Of a stretch of 51,472 bases of DNA, positions 1 through 9,117 are shown piece after piece. Origin of the DNA: Candidatus Moraniibacteriota bacterium. GTDB lineage: Bacteria; Patescibacteriota; Minisyncoccia; Moranbacterales; UBA1568. The stretch lies in assembly GCA_043785755.1 (NCBI GenBank), contig JAYVWV010000035.1, positions 1 through 51,472 of the forward strand, read 5' to 3'. Positions within the stretch are counted from its first letter, which is position 1. The number at the start of each line of letters is the position of its first letter. The translations under genes and the position numbers were made by a program. The notes beneath the pieces are model-generated. The model searched no databases. It had not been told where the DNA came from and saw only the letters and a program-made list of their open reading frames with translations.

Positions 1-220
1 TACAGGCGTTGCCATAGCCAGCCGGATTGGCTGGGGCAGAAGCAGTACAACTGCCAGAACAATCGAGCGATCCAGGGTTGGTCTGACCGCAAGCATTGGC
101 ACTCGAGGTACAGGCGTTGCCATAGCCAGCCGGATTGGCTGGGGCAGAAGCAGTACAGTTGGCAGCGCAGTCATAGGTACCGATGCCAGTCTGACCGCAA
201 GCGTTGGGGGTGGAGTAACA
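1..220 (-). repeat. In-frame tandem repeat with 108-nt (36-aa) period inside the Cys-rich protein gene
   Basis: Bases 1-49 are identical to 109-157 (tacaggcgttgccatagccagccggattggctggggcagaagcagtaca). A third, diverged copy follows at about 217. Confidence 0.85.
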
Positions 221-592
221 GGCTAGCACAAGGTACCAAGGGTCAGGTGGCGCCGAGGCGCTACAGATACTGCCACACTGATAGGTACCGGAATTCGTTT
301 GGCCACAAAAATTAGGACTCGAGGTGCAGGCCAGACCGTAATCTGGAGCATCATGAAGATTAGAAGGACACGAGGCCGGTACCACCAAACCACCAGCATC
401 CCCCCGGGGTGATCGGTCGGCGATGCCCAGTTCGGACGAAATCTTTTGCAACGCCACATCGGAAGACTGAGGTACTGGCCGTTGCCATAGCGAGAGACTG
501 AGCACAAACAAAAAAAGAAGGGAAAAACCTCCGAACAAAAAGAGTTTTTTCTTCGCCACTACCTTCCTCACTTTCCGAAAAAAACGCTGCAT
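1..592 (-). CDS. Membrane-anchored/secreted Cys-rich repeat protein; N-terminal part only, the gene runs off the left edge and is absent from the supplied ORF track
   Basis: Own translation from ATG at 592-590: MQRFFRKVRKVVAKKKLFLFGGFSLLFLFVLSLSLWQRPVPQ... (basic N-terminus plus hydrophobic anchor). The frame then stays open to base 1, with repeats of the type C-[TY]-S-[ST]-x-N-x-C-G-Q-T-x-x-G-x-x-x-C-x-x-x-C-[ST]-A-S-A-P. Confidence 0.7.
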   Translation of the reverse strand, partial: MQRFFRKVRKVVAKKKLFLFGGFSLLFLFVLSLSLWQRPVPQSSDVALQKISSELGIADRSPRGDAGGLVVPASCPSNLHDAPDYGLACTSSPNFCGQTNSGTYQCGSICSASAPPDPWYLVLACYSTPNACGQTGIGTYDCAANCTASAPANPAGYGNACTSSANACGQTNPGSLDCSGSCTASAPANPAGYGNAC

Positions 593-701
593 AATTTTTT
601 GTTTTTGTCTTTAGGCGAAAGTCTTTCAACAACGAAATAACTTCACTTCTATTGTACACGAAAAACGTTCCCAAGAAAAGTTTCTACCAAGAAAAAAAGA
701 T

Positions 702-1979
702 TCACAGTAACTGCTTGTAGTTATCCGCCCAGTAGAGAATACCGTTGATATAGGGAGCATAGCTGGTCCCGAGGTAGGCGGCGGCCGCTTTTTTCCAAGC
801 AGAGCGCTTGCCCTGATCGACGCCAGGGATGCGATCGAGCTTCAGGGCCATAGCCGTCACACCGTCGGTCAGGTTCCAAGGACTCGGTGGATTGTGGCCA
901 GTGGCCGAGGTCACATCCGACTGGTAGGCCATCCAGGTATCCGACATGAACTGTGCCACGCCCATCGCCCCACCCGTGCCAATATAGCCCTTGGGATTGC
1001 AAGACACTTTTTGTTTACGATAGTCGATGCCAAGTTCCTTGGTGATGGATTTGAAGATATCGCGCCGGCGTTGAAAAGTCGCCCAGGCCACCTTACCGAG
1101 TTTCTTGGCCTTGTAACTAGCACTGGCCCCATCCTCCACCTCGGCATACGTACAGCCACCGACATTGGCCCCCAGGTTGGTTTCCATCTTAAGCACCCCA
1201 AAGAGGAAACCGACAGGAACGCCTGTTTCCTTGCTGGCAAATTTGACCGCGTCTTGAATATCCTTGGCATTGTAGTTGCCTCCCAAGATTGTGTTCAAAT
1301 CGCTCTGCAACTGTCCGAGGTCCTTTTTGATACGGTCGACCACCGAGGCCTGATCAGCCAGCTCACCCTGTACATCAACCTTGGTGGCGACCAGCACCTG
1401 CTTCTGTTTATTCTGGATGGCAAGCAATGTCTCGTGATCCTTTTTGACATCCTCAAGAGCGGCCTTCTCATCAACCAGTTGAGCCTTAGCCTGAGAGATT
1501 TCGTCGATCAGTCCTGCAATTCTCTCCTGGGTCGAAAGGAGTCCATCGGTGTTCTGAAAAAAATCCGTCACATCATCCTGAGCCAGCAGCACTTCGATGA
1601 GTGGCGAAGCATCAGTCTGTGAAAGCTCCTGAAGCAGGCTCCCCAAAAGCTTTCTCTCCAAAGCAAGCTGATCATCGATATTCCCGATCTCGATCTCCTT
1701 CTCGTCGATGGTTTGAGCAGTCTGATTGAGGAGATTTTGCACCTTGAGAATAGTTTGCTGTGTCTTGGTCAGGTTACTCGTGATCTGACTTAAGTTGTCC
1801 TGAAGCGCTCCATATTTCTTCTGAGCGGCCTGAAGCTTCTTTTCAATCTTGTCGATATCGCTCTGGATCTGGTCAGCTGAATCAGCCGCCCGCGCACTCG
1901 GAGAAGACACGAGAAAAAAAGCGGCCCCAAAAACGAGGCTAAACAAAAGAAAAAACGAAGAGGGAATGATATATTTCAT
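702..1979 (-). CDS. Secreted coiled-coil protein with C-terminal lytic transglycosylase (SLT_2/MltB-like) domain
   Basis: ORF 702..2126, with the start moved to the ATG at 1979 (MKYIIPSSFFLLFSLVFGAAFFLVSSPSARA is a signal peptide). About 230 aa of Q/L/K/E-rich heptad-like sequence is followed by LKMETNLG and GGAMGVAQFMSDTW. The latter resembles the GAMGQTQFMPSTW motif of MltB-type enzymes. Confidence 0.7.
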   Translation of the reverse strand: MKYIIPSSFFLLFSLVFGAAFFLVSSPSARAADSADQIQSDIDKIEKKLQAAQKKYGALQDNLSQITSNLTKTQQTILKVQNLLNQTAQTIDEKEIEIGNIDDQLALERKLLGSLLQELSQTDASPLIEVLLAQDDVTDFFQNTDGLLSTQERIAGLIDEISQAKAQLVDEKAALEDVKKDHETLLAIQNKQKQVLVATKVDVQGELADQASVVDRIKKDLGQLQSDLNTILGGNYNAKDIQDAVKFASKETGVPVGFLFGVLKMETNLGANVGGCTYAEVEDGASASYKAKKLGKVAWATFQRRRDIFKSITKELGIDYRKQKVSCNPKGYIGTGGAMGVAQFMSDTWMAYQSDVTSATGHNPPSPWNLTDGVTAMALKLDRIPGVDQGKRSAWKKAAAAYLGTSYAPYINGILYWADNYKQLL

Positions 1980-2017
1980 GGTGCTTTTTAGTATACCACA
2001 TAGGATTTCTCTGGGGG

Positions 2018-2046
2018 TTGACACAATTTCAGTTATTCCACATAAT
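2018..2046 (+). promoter_or_regulatory. Sigma70-type promoter TTGACA-17 nt-CATAAT
   Basis: ttgaca at 2018-2023, 17-nt spacer, cataat at 2041-2046. This lies about 118 nt upstream of the ATG at 2171. Confidence 0.6.
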
Positions 2047-2170
2047 GGCTTGGTTGGTCCTGTTACCTCAGTCGACCTTTGGGTGTCCACCGGACACTTC
2101 AAGAAACACTGTCCTGACAAGATCAATCTTTTATTTTCACAGTCCCTTCAACAACAGTCGAGGAAGAAAA

Positions 2171-2755
2171 ATGCATTCTGCATATGAACCAGGGCAGCGT
2201 CACGCCATTCTGACCTGCTACGACGATCGCATCGATGGCATCGTTGACGGTGAGATCGCCCGTATTCGGGCCCAGGGCGGCGACATTCGTCCCAAGGACA
2301 TCATCCGCCCCCCCGGCGGTGTTCACCTGTTCACCGGTCACTCTGACTGCCGCAAAGCGTTCTACACGTTGCTCACCAGCTGCAGCGACATCACCAATCC
2401 GGCGGTGTTCCATTTCTGGCCGCACACGAACTGTCTTCACTGCGGCAAGTATCACGCTGAAAAGATTGGGAGTGGCGCTCACAGCGACCTGCGCTTCCAT
2501 CTGACCAGCGCGGTGAAGATGCTGGAAGGAGCGATGGACCACTTTTCCAGGTCCTCAAGGAAGATGCCGGAACTCGATGTACGGGTCATCTTGACGATAG
2601 ACCAGCGCATCGTGACCATCGATGAAGCTCGCGACCTCCTTCCTGATGTGCCCGAACACAGCCATCATGGGGCGCCGTGCATCCATCTTCCGTCGGAGGG
2701 TCATCCGCCACCGCAGAGCTACCACCACCCGGGCGGCCAACAACCAACGGTCTAG
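2171..2755 (+). CDS. Hypothetical protein, possibly a divergent beta-carbonic-anhydrase-like fold, with a His-rich tail
   Basis: Internal ATG at 2171 preceded by aggaag (ORF track 2018..2755). Motifs occur in beta-CA order: TCYDDRID (C-x-D-x-R), IIRPPGG, HTNCLHCG (H-x-x-C). The C-terminus is HSHHGAPCIH...SYHHPGG. Confidence 0.5.
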   Translation: MHSAYEPGQRHAILTCYDDRIDGIVDGEIARIRAQGGDIRPKDIIRPPGGVHLFTGHSDCRKAFYTLLTSCSDITNPAVFHFWPHTNCLHCGKYHAEKIGSGAHSDLRFHLTSAVKMLEGAMDHFSRSSRKMPELDVRVILTIDQRIVTIDEARDLLPDVPEHSHHGAPCIHLPSEGHPPPQSYHHPGGQQPTV

Positions 2756-2780
2756 CCACCTGGCCCTACCATGCCCCATA

Positions 2781-2816
2781 GGCGTACTGCATTGACAGGC
2801 GCCTTTTTTCTTTTTT
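2781..2816 (+). terminator. Weak hairpin plus T-run after the 2171-2755 gene
   Basis: ggcgtactgcattgacaggcgcc followed by ttttttctttttt. The stem is interrupted (3+4 bp). Confidence 0.3.
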
Positions 2817-2890
2817 GAAGCAAACAATCCGCTAGCTGGTGGAAAGTGAAACGAAAGTATTCAGGATTTTCCCAAAAAAGTAGTCTTCTC

Positions 2891-3646
2891 TCATTCTCTA
2901 TTCCCTGCAAACGCCCGGAGGACGGCCTGTTTGTGTTTCCGGAGTGACCGCCACAGAGCCAGGCGCAGTCCGATCACGCCGCAGACCAAAAGAAAAATCC
3001 AAAAATTAAGCGGCGGGAGCGTTTGCTGAGGTGACATAAGCATCGCCCGCCACTCAGGCATGTTTTTGATGAGAAAGTGGAGCGTCGCGAAAATATAGCC
3101 GAGGTAGCCAAGCTGGAGCAGACGACGCCACCACAGACCCCCGAGCTCACTGACCGCGTAACGGTTCGAGATAGCCGCCATCATGGCAAAAATAATAAGT
3201 GCCACGAGAGCTGAGGCGAAGGCATAGAGATTGGAGATGAGAAACGATCCGAAATCCCACTGGTAGTCGAGGATGAAGATGGGACTGGTTTCATAGCCGC
3301 GTGGCTTGAGATAGAGATAAAAAACAAGTGACATGACCGCGTGCCCCAAGGCGAAAGCAAAGCCAGCGAGGCCGAGATATTTACGATAGACGATCTTGGT
3401 ATCGAAAAGATCCCAAAAATAACACAGACCCGAGAGCATGAAAGAAAGACCGATCAAAATCATCGCCCCATCAGCTAAGGCCTTATTGGCCGTGACCGCA
3501 AGCGACCCCGGCTCGGTCAAAGAGAGGTACCAATAACAACATACAAACACGAGCACACTGACCCAGACAGTGTGAAGCGAGAGGCGCAGCGGCAGTGTCG
3601 CCTCCCGTCTCCGTACAATCTCATAAAAGCGCCGCGGGAATAGCAT
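2891..3646 (-). CDS. Polytopic membrane protein, ferric-reductase-like/MsrQ-like transmembrane domain (tentative)
   Basis: 251 aa with about 6 hydrophobic helices and His residues inside helices (ALGHAVMSL, ATLHFLIK). The ATG lies 7 nt after the recA stop. Confidence 0.5.
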   Translation of the reverse strand: MLFPRRFYEIVRRREATLPLRLSLHTVWVSVLVFVCCYWYLSLTEPGSLAVTANKALADGAMILIGLSFMLSGLCYFWDLFDTKIVYRKYLGLAGFAFALGHAVMSLVFYLYLKPRGYETSPIFILDYQWDFGSFLISNLYAFASALVALIIFAMMAAISNRYAVSELGGLWWRRLLQLGYLGYIFATLHFLIKNMPEWRAMLMSPQQTLPPLNFWIFLLVCGVIGLRLALWRSLRKHKQAVLRAFAGNRE

Positions 3647-3652
3647 AGGCTA

Positions 3653-4690
3653 TCATTCGGCTTCTGGCACTGCTGCCGGAACGCCCTCCTCCTTAGATTT
3701 CTTGAGAATAATCTGCTCAATCTCATTTTGGACTTTGAGATTTTCCTTGAGAAAAGCCTTGGCACTTTCGCGACCAGCCCCCAGCTTTACATCGCCATAC
3801 AAGAATGAATTGCCGGATTTCTTGAGCACAGCGAACTTCACCCCGGTATCGAGCACATCGCCAGCCAGTGAAATACCCTCGTTGTACATGATGTCGAACT
3901 CGGCCGTGCGGAACGGGGCGGCCACTTTGTTCTTGACCACCTTCACCTTGACCCGGTTGCCGACCACCTCTTCGCCGCGCTTGATCTGGGCACTCCGTCG
4001 TATTTCGATGCGGACCGAAGAATAAAACTTGAGCGCCTGACCGCCACTCGTCGTTTCGGGGTTACCGAACATGACGCCGATCTTCATGCGAATCTGGTTG
4101 ATGAAAATAACCGTAGCATTGGAACGCGCGATGATAGCCGTCAGTTTGCGCAGAGCCTGCGACATGAGGCGCGCTTGGCGACCGACGTGTTGATCCCCCA
4201 TCTCGCCCTCGATTTCAGCCTTGGGCACCAGGGCCGCCACCGAGTCGATGACGATGACGTCTACCATGTTGGAACGAACGAGCGTCTCCACGATATCGAG
4301 GGCCTGCTCACCTGTGTCTGGTTGGGAAATGAGAAGGTCGGCCGTATTGACACCGATGCGCTTGGCGTATTCCGGATCAAGGGCGTGCTCAGCATCGACG
4401 TAGGCCGCGATACCGCCGGCTTTCTGAGCATTGGCGACGATATGAAGACAGAGTGTCGTCTTGCCGGAAGATTCTGGCCCGTAGACTTCCACGATGCGCC
4501 CACGCGGCACTCCACCGATGCCCAAAGCGATATCGATCGACACCGATCCGGTCGGGATGGCCTCGACATCCACTTTGCGCATATCACCGAGCTTCATGAT
4601 CACGCCCTCACCGAATTTCTCTTCGATGGCATCGACCACACTCTTCAACTTCGCCTGTTCCCCGACGACTGTTTGTTTCGCCTTGGCCAT
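3653..4690 (-). CDS. recA: Recombinase RecA
   Basis: [10 protein letters not shown] Walker [32 protein letters not shown]. Start set at ATG 4690 (MAKAKQTVV...) rather than the ORF-track 4747. Confidence 0.97.
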   Translation of the reverse strand: MAKAKQTVVGEQAKLKSVVDAIEEKFGEGVIMKLGDMRKVDVEAIPTGSVSIDIALGIGGVPRGRIVEVYGPESSGKTTLCLHIVANAQKAGGIAAYVDAEHALDPEYAKRIGVNTADLLISQPDTGEQALDIVETLVRSNMVDVIVIDSVAALVPKAEIEGEMGDQHVGRQARLMSQALRKLTAIIARSNATVIFINQIRMKIGVMFGNPETTSGGQALKFYSSVRIEIRRSAQIKRGEEVVGNRVKVKVVKNKVAAPFRTAEFDIMYNEGISLAGDVLDTGVKFAVLKKSGNSFLYGDVKLGAGRESAKAFLKENLKVQNEIEQIILKKSKEEGVPAAVPEAE

Positions 4691-4756
4691 AAGACTCTCG
4701 CTAGTGATTACGTTGTTTACTTCTCTTTCATAATACCATACACTCAAGAAAACTGT

Positions 4757-5740
4757 CTAGGGTTGTTGTAAAGCACGCAGAATCACTACATCCAGAGCCG
4801 GCCCCGGCTTCGTGGTAAGCGACTGTTCCCCCGCGCCGTTACTCTGAACGAACGTCACTTCGCCATGGTCACTCGTTATGAGCACCCGGTCCTTGGCCTC
4901 AAAGCCCTTACTCTCCCCCACCGCGAGCTTGCCACTGTACGAGAGCTCGCCATCGACGGTGACCTTGAGCATGATCGGGCGGACGCGCGCCGTAACCACA
5001 ACCGGAAATGTTTCACTCACTGCCGGTTCAGGTAAGAGAAGAGGCGCTCCCGCCACCGCCGGAACAAAGCGTGTCTCGACCGAAAAAAGCACCGCCTTTT
5101 CCTTACCAAAACGATTGGCCGTTCGTACCCGAATGGTATTGATACCCGGCTGCAATAATAACTTGTCATTGAAAAGACCGTCATTGTCGACGAAGACGCC
5201 CTGATCATTCAGTGTCACTGCGGCCCCCTTGTCGGTACGGCCACGCACCACTGTCTCGCCACCTTCCACCACGGCCCCGTTCTGCGGCTCAAGGATGACC
5301 AGCTGCGGATCAGCCGCAAAGCTCCGAAATTCCCGATAGAGATAGAAAAACGCACCCAAAACCAAGAGAATGATGCCCCCCACCGCCAAAGTGCGTGAGG
5401 TGATGACAAACGAAGCTGGGGAAAACAAATGCTGCGTCCTCTCATCACCACTTTCCTGATTGAGGTTCTTTTGAATATGACTCTCTCGCTCGTAGAGTCG
5501 CACCAGGGCCTGTTCATCGACATTGAGGTAACGAGCATAGCTCCGGAGGAAACCGCGTACATAGACATCGGCCGGCAGTTTCTCATACTGTCCGTTCTCC
5601 AAAAGTTCGAGGTACTTCACCTGGATACGGGTGGCCTTGGAAACATCATGGAGACTCATACGAAAATCGCCCCGCAGTTTGCGTAGCTTCTCACCCAAAG
5701 TGAGCGACTCGACTTTCTTTCTCGTGAATCCCTCTTTCAT
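4757..5740 (-). CDS. rodZ: RodZ-like cytoskeleton/morphogenesis protein (HTH, TM segment, C-terminal DUF4115-like domain)
   Basis: LGEKLRKLRGDFRMSLHDVSKATRIQVKYLELLENGQYEKLPADVYVRGFLRSYARYL, followed by a TM helix and a beta-rich C-terminus. Confidence 0.7.
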   Translation of the reverse strand: MKEGFTRKKVESLTLGEKLRKLRGDFRMSLHDVSKATRIQVKYLELLENGQYEKLPADVYVRGFLRSYARYLNVDEQALVRLYERESHIQKNLNQESGDERTQHLFSPASFVITSRTLAVGGIILLVLGAFFYLYREFRSFAADPQLVILEPQNGAVVEGGETVVRGRTDKGAAVTLNDQGVFVDNDGLFNDKLLLQPGINTIRVRTANRFGKEKAVLFSVETRFVPAVAGAPLLLPEPAVSETFPVVVTARVRPIMLKVTVDGELSYSGKLAVGESKGFEAKDRVLITSDHGEVTFVQSNGAGEQSLTTKPGPALDVVILRALQQP

Positions 5741-5829
5741 ACAGGAAAAGCTGTCTAATATATGACAAGCGATACCTAGAACCTTTCTTCGGTATCTCCC
5801 TCATCCCTCATCAATCACCCCTTATCAAT

Positions 5830-8211
5830 TTAGGCCTGCCATTTATCACGGGTGGCCTGATCAGCCGTCGGATCATCGCCGTACTGCGGTGCTTCTTCCG
5901 TGACCGTCGTATTCTCCGGCGTCTTGGCAATCAGGACTTTTTTCTTGCCATCCACCATCCCGATCACGCCACTCTCTTCCAAAAGGTGCATGAGGCGGGC
6001 AGCCCGTGGATAGCCGATACCGAAGGTTGTCTGGAGATTGGTAGTCGAAGCCCGACCCGTCTGGATAATGAGGTGCTTCACTTCTTCATACAGATCATCA
6101 GACTTCCCACCATCATCAATCGCGTCCATAGCGGCCATGATCCCATCAGGCGCGCCGCTCTCACCGAAGTCCTCACCGATCTCATCATCGCCGAGATCCT
6201 GTTTCTGCTTTTCGAGGAACGTCGTGACTCGCTTGATCTCATCGTCTGAGACAAACACTCCCTGAATTCGACGGATTTCCTTGCCATCGGCCGCCGAATA
6301 GAGCATGTCCCCATTGCCCAAAAGCTTCTCGGCCCCACCAGTATCGAGAATGGTGCGCGAATCGATCTGTGATTTGAGTTGAAAGGAAACACGAGCCGGG
6401 ATGTTGGCCTTGATGAGTCCAGTGATCACCGTCGCCTCCGGCCGCTGAGTAGCCAGGACCAAATGGATACCGACTGCCCGCGACAACGAAGCCAAGCGGA
6501 CAATGAGCACTTCGACATCCTTACCATGCGTGGCCATCAGGTCAGCCATTTCATCCATCATAATGACGACGTAGGGCATGGGCGGAAAAAATTCTTTGGT
6601 CACCCGACCCGTCTCGGCATCGACAATCGTACGCTTCTCACCGCGTGTCAGGAGCTCATGATACCCGGCGATGTCCTGCACCCGGGCCTCTTCCAAAATC
6701 TTGTAGCGATGATCCATCTGGCCAGTTGCCCAGCGCAGAACGTTAATCACCTTTTTATTTTCCACGATGACGTCGGTCTTCAAGTGTGGGATACCGCGGT
6801 AGCGCGAGAATGAAACACGCTTCGGATCGATCAGGATAAGTTGCAAATCATCGGGCGAGTTCTGATAGAGAAGCGAAAGGAGAAAGGTATTCATGCACAC
6901 GCTCTTCCCGGAACCAGTGCGCCCGGCAATCAGAATATGGGGCATCTTGGCCAAATCGGCGAGCACGTACTTCCCAGAAACATCCTCACCCAAAACCACC
7001 ATGAGCGATGACTGACGATGACGGAAGGCATTACTCTCGAGCACGGCCTTGAGACGAACCGTCGCCACCGACTGATTCGGGACCTCGATACCGATGAGCG
7101 CTTGTCCCGGGATGGGCGCTTCGATACGCACGCTCTTGGCAGCCAGGGCTAGTGCCAAGTCGTTATTGAGTGTGGTGATACGAGACAGCTTGACGCCGTA
7201 GGCAGGACGAAACGTATACTGGGTGACCGTCGGGCCCACTTGGACTGCTCCTGGCTCCACATCGATCCCGAAATGTTTGAGGGTACTCTGAATGATGTGC
7301 TTGTTCCGTTCGGTATCACCACCAGCCGCCACCCCGGTCGTCGATTCCAAGAGGTCCACCGGAGGCAATTCCCACTTGTGACTGCGCCGGGCGAGCGATT
7401 GTCTGGGACGGATATAGGCTGGGACCAAAACAGTCTCTTCCTCACTTTTCATATCGGCAGAAGGTAACACTTCCTCACCGGCGAAGGCAATCTTGCGGAT
7501 ATTGTTCTCTTCCAAACCATCCGGAACCACCGGCGCAGGCGCAGACGCTCCCGAAGCTTCCTCTCCGGTAGTTACTGCTATCACCTCATCGGCCAAGGGC
7601 GAGGAGAGGAGCGCTGGATTTCCTTCCACCGGCAGAACCTCCCCTTCTTTTTTCTGTAAACGTTCCACCAGTTTTTCGAAAGTCTGAACAAGTGACACGT
7701 TGAAAGCCGCGATCATCCCCACGGTAAAAAGTGTTAGGGCGATAATCGTCCCAGCGATCTTGCCGGTAAAGTTCCCCAAAACATAGGCGAAGGCGAAACC
7801 GACGTACCCACCTCCTCGGCCATGCTCGGCGACATTCAAAAGTTCCTTGGTCGTCGTACCGCTATAGAGATGGATGAGACCGAGCAGAGCGAGAAATCCC
7901 ACGACCAGACCGATGAACTTCACGGCATCCGCCAGGGTGGTGGTCCGCCGACGCAGAAACATGAGTGCCGCAGTCAAAAGAACGAGTGGTAAGAGCCACT
8001 TCCCAAAACCCAAAAAGAGCCCCAATCCCCGGTCGAACCATTGGCCCAAGACTCCGGCGGCATTGAAAAATCCCAGGAGAAAGAGAATAGCCAAGGCAAA
8101 CAAAAAAACCGCCACGATGCTCCTCTTAGCATCACTGTGGAGAATCTCACCCCAGTGGAAGCCCTCTGCATCAACCTCGTCCGCCGCGACCGCCTTTTTC
8201 TTTCTGCCCAT
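5830..8211 (-). CDS. ftsK: DNA translocase FtsK/SpoIIIE
   Basis: N-terminal TM helices, GRTGSGKS Walker A, VVIMMDEMADLM Walker B, and a C-terminal gamma wHTH (RASTTNLQTTFGIGYPRAARLM). Start at ATG 8211 (MGRKKK). Confidence 0.95.
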   Translation of the reverse strand: MGRKKKAVAADEVDAEGFHWGEILHSDAKRSIVAVFLFALAILFLLGFFNAAGVLGQWFDRGLGLFLGFGKWLLPLVLLTAALMFLRRRTTTLADAVKFIGLVVGFLALLGLIHLYSGTTTKELLNVAEHGRGGGYVGFAFAYVLGNFTGKIAGTIIALTLFTVGMIAAFNVSLVQTFEKLVERLQKKEGEVLPVEGNPALLSSPLADEVIAVTTGEEASGASAPAPVVPDGLEENNIRKIAFAGEEVLPSADMKSEEETVLVPAYIRPRQSLARRSHKWELPPVDLLESTTGVAAGGDTERNKHIIQSTLKHFGIDVEPGAVQVGPTVTQYTFRPAYGVKLSRITTLNNDLALALAAKSVRIEAPIPGQALIGIEVPNQSVATVRLKAVLESNAFRHRQSSLMVVLGEDVSGKYVLADLAKMPHILIAGRTGSGKSVCMNTFLLSLLYQNSPDDLQLILIDPKRVSFSRYRGIPHLKTDVIVENKKVINVLRWATGQMDHRYKILEEARVQDIAGYHELLTRGEKRTIVDAETGRVTKEFFPPMPYVVIMMDEMADLMATHGKDVEVLIVRLASLSRAVGIHLVLATQRPEATVITGLIKANIPARVSFQLKSQIDSRTILDTGGAEKLLGNGDMLYSAADGKEIRRIQGVFVSDDEIKRVTTFLEKQKQDLGDDEIGEDFGESGAPDGIMAAMDAIDDGGKSDDLYEEVKHLIIQTGRASTTNLQTTFGIGYPRAARLMHLLEESGVIGMVDGKKKVLIAKTPENTTVTEEAPQYGDDPTADQATRDKWQA

Positions 8212-8241
8212 ATTTTTGGTATCAGTACGATATATAGTGGC

Positions 8242-8271
8242 AGTATAGCACAAAGAAACGCTCCTGTTCAA
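8242..8271 (-). promoter_or_regulatory. Promoter TTGAAC-18 nt-(TGc)TATACT upstream of ftsK
   Basis: Minus strand reads tcttTTGAACaggagcgtttctttgTGcTATACTg, an extended -10. Confidence 0.55.
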
Positions 8272-8357
8272 AAGAAAAACCCGAAAAAACCGGGCTCCCT
8301 CAAGCCTACGCTCATCCACACAAAGAGGAGACAGTGTATAGAAAAAGAGAACACGTT

Positions 8358-9047
8358 CTAACTGTCCCTGCCCGGGGTCAGAAAGTTTTGAAGAATATCA
8401 TTGGCTTTCTTAATATCCTCCAAATGAGCCTGCTCTGCCTGCCGGACCAACTCTTTGGCTGCCGACTGTGCTGCCAACTGTTCCGTGAGAGTATTGAGAG
8501 CGGTCACCTCGTTAAAATGTTTTAGCGCAAATTCAAGTCGCATGTCTTCAATGGCCTCCGGTCCTTTCTGAAAAAGTTCTCGGACACCAGCGAGGAGTAG
8601 CCTTTCATTCCCTGCAAATCCTAATTCGGGCAGTTTTTTGATTGCTCCTACCATAATGTTTGCTGCCGTCTCTTCTTGTAGTGAAAGTTGGGGCAAGGGA
8701 CCATCAGATCCTTCAGCGGCCACGTTTAAATCGATATCCACCGCGTGCGCGGCCCGCCATCCCTCTAAAAACTTCTTCGCTTGCAAACAGAGCATATCAA
8801 ACTTACGGTAAGCAGTTACCAAAACCTCCTGTTTCGCCACCTGCTCCGCCAATAGTTTCCCTGTCGGCCACACATAAGAAGACTCATTCGCGGACTCAGC
8901 CGCTGGTCTCTCTGCGGGCGATTTATCGTCACTAGTTTCTGGGACTGGAGTCGGTAGCTCAAGTTTTGAAAACGAAGGCATAGTTTCACGTTTCAATGAT
9001 GGAATTCCAATAGTTTCTTGAACCTCTGACTCATACAATAATAACAT
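8358..9047 (-). CDS. Hypothetical protein with acidic, helical character
   Basis: 229-aa ORF with no recognisable motif. The start is uncertain: ATG 9047 abuts a hairpin, and the alternative is ATG 8981 (MPSFSKLE). Confidence 0.5.
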   Translation of the reverse strand: MLLLYESEVQETIGIPSLKRETMPSFSKLELPTPVPETSDDKSPAERPAAESANESSYVWPTGKLLAEQVAKQEVLVTAYRKFDMLCLQAKKFLEGWRAAHAVDIDLNVAAEGSDGPLPQLSLQEETAANIMVGAIKKLPELGFAGNERLLLAGVRELFQKGPEAIEDMRLEFALKHFNEVTALNTLTEQLAAQSAAKELVRQAEQAHLEDIKKANDILQNFLTPGRDS

Positions 9048-9048
9048 A

Positions 9049-9069
9049 AAAACGGGCTTAACCCGTTTT
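9049..9069 (-). terminator. Hairpin AAAACGGG-uuaag-CCCGUUUU plus U, either a second terminator after rpoC or a leader attenuator
   Basis: Perfect 8-bp stem. The U-run ends 1 nt before the ATG at 9047. Confidence 0.5.
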
Positions 9070-9088
9070 CTTAGCTCTTTTCTCTACC

Positions 9089-9117
9089 AGTATAGCACAA
9101 AAACACCCCTTTGGCAA
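9089..9117 (-). promoter_or_regulatory. Promoter TTGCCA-17 nt-(TGc)TATACT
   Basis: Minus strand reads TTGCCAaaggggtgtttttgTGcTATACTgg. The -35 lies in the 3' arm of the rpoC terminator. It shares the 13-mer TTGTGCTATACTG with the ftsK promoter. Confidence 0.45.

Noticed and set aside
1-220. Direct repeats at the left edge as a possible CRISPR array or mobile-element terminus.
   Set aside because: The period is 108 nt, the repeats are in frame, and they encode a repeated Cys-rich peptide unit. There is no spacer/repeat organisation and no cas or transposase genes.
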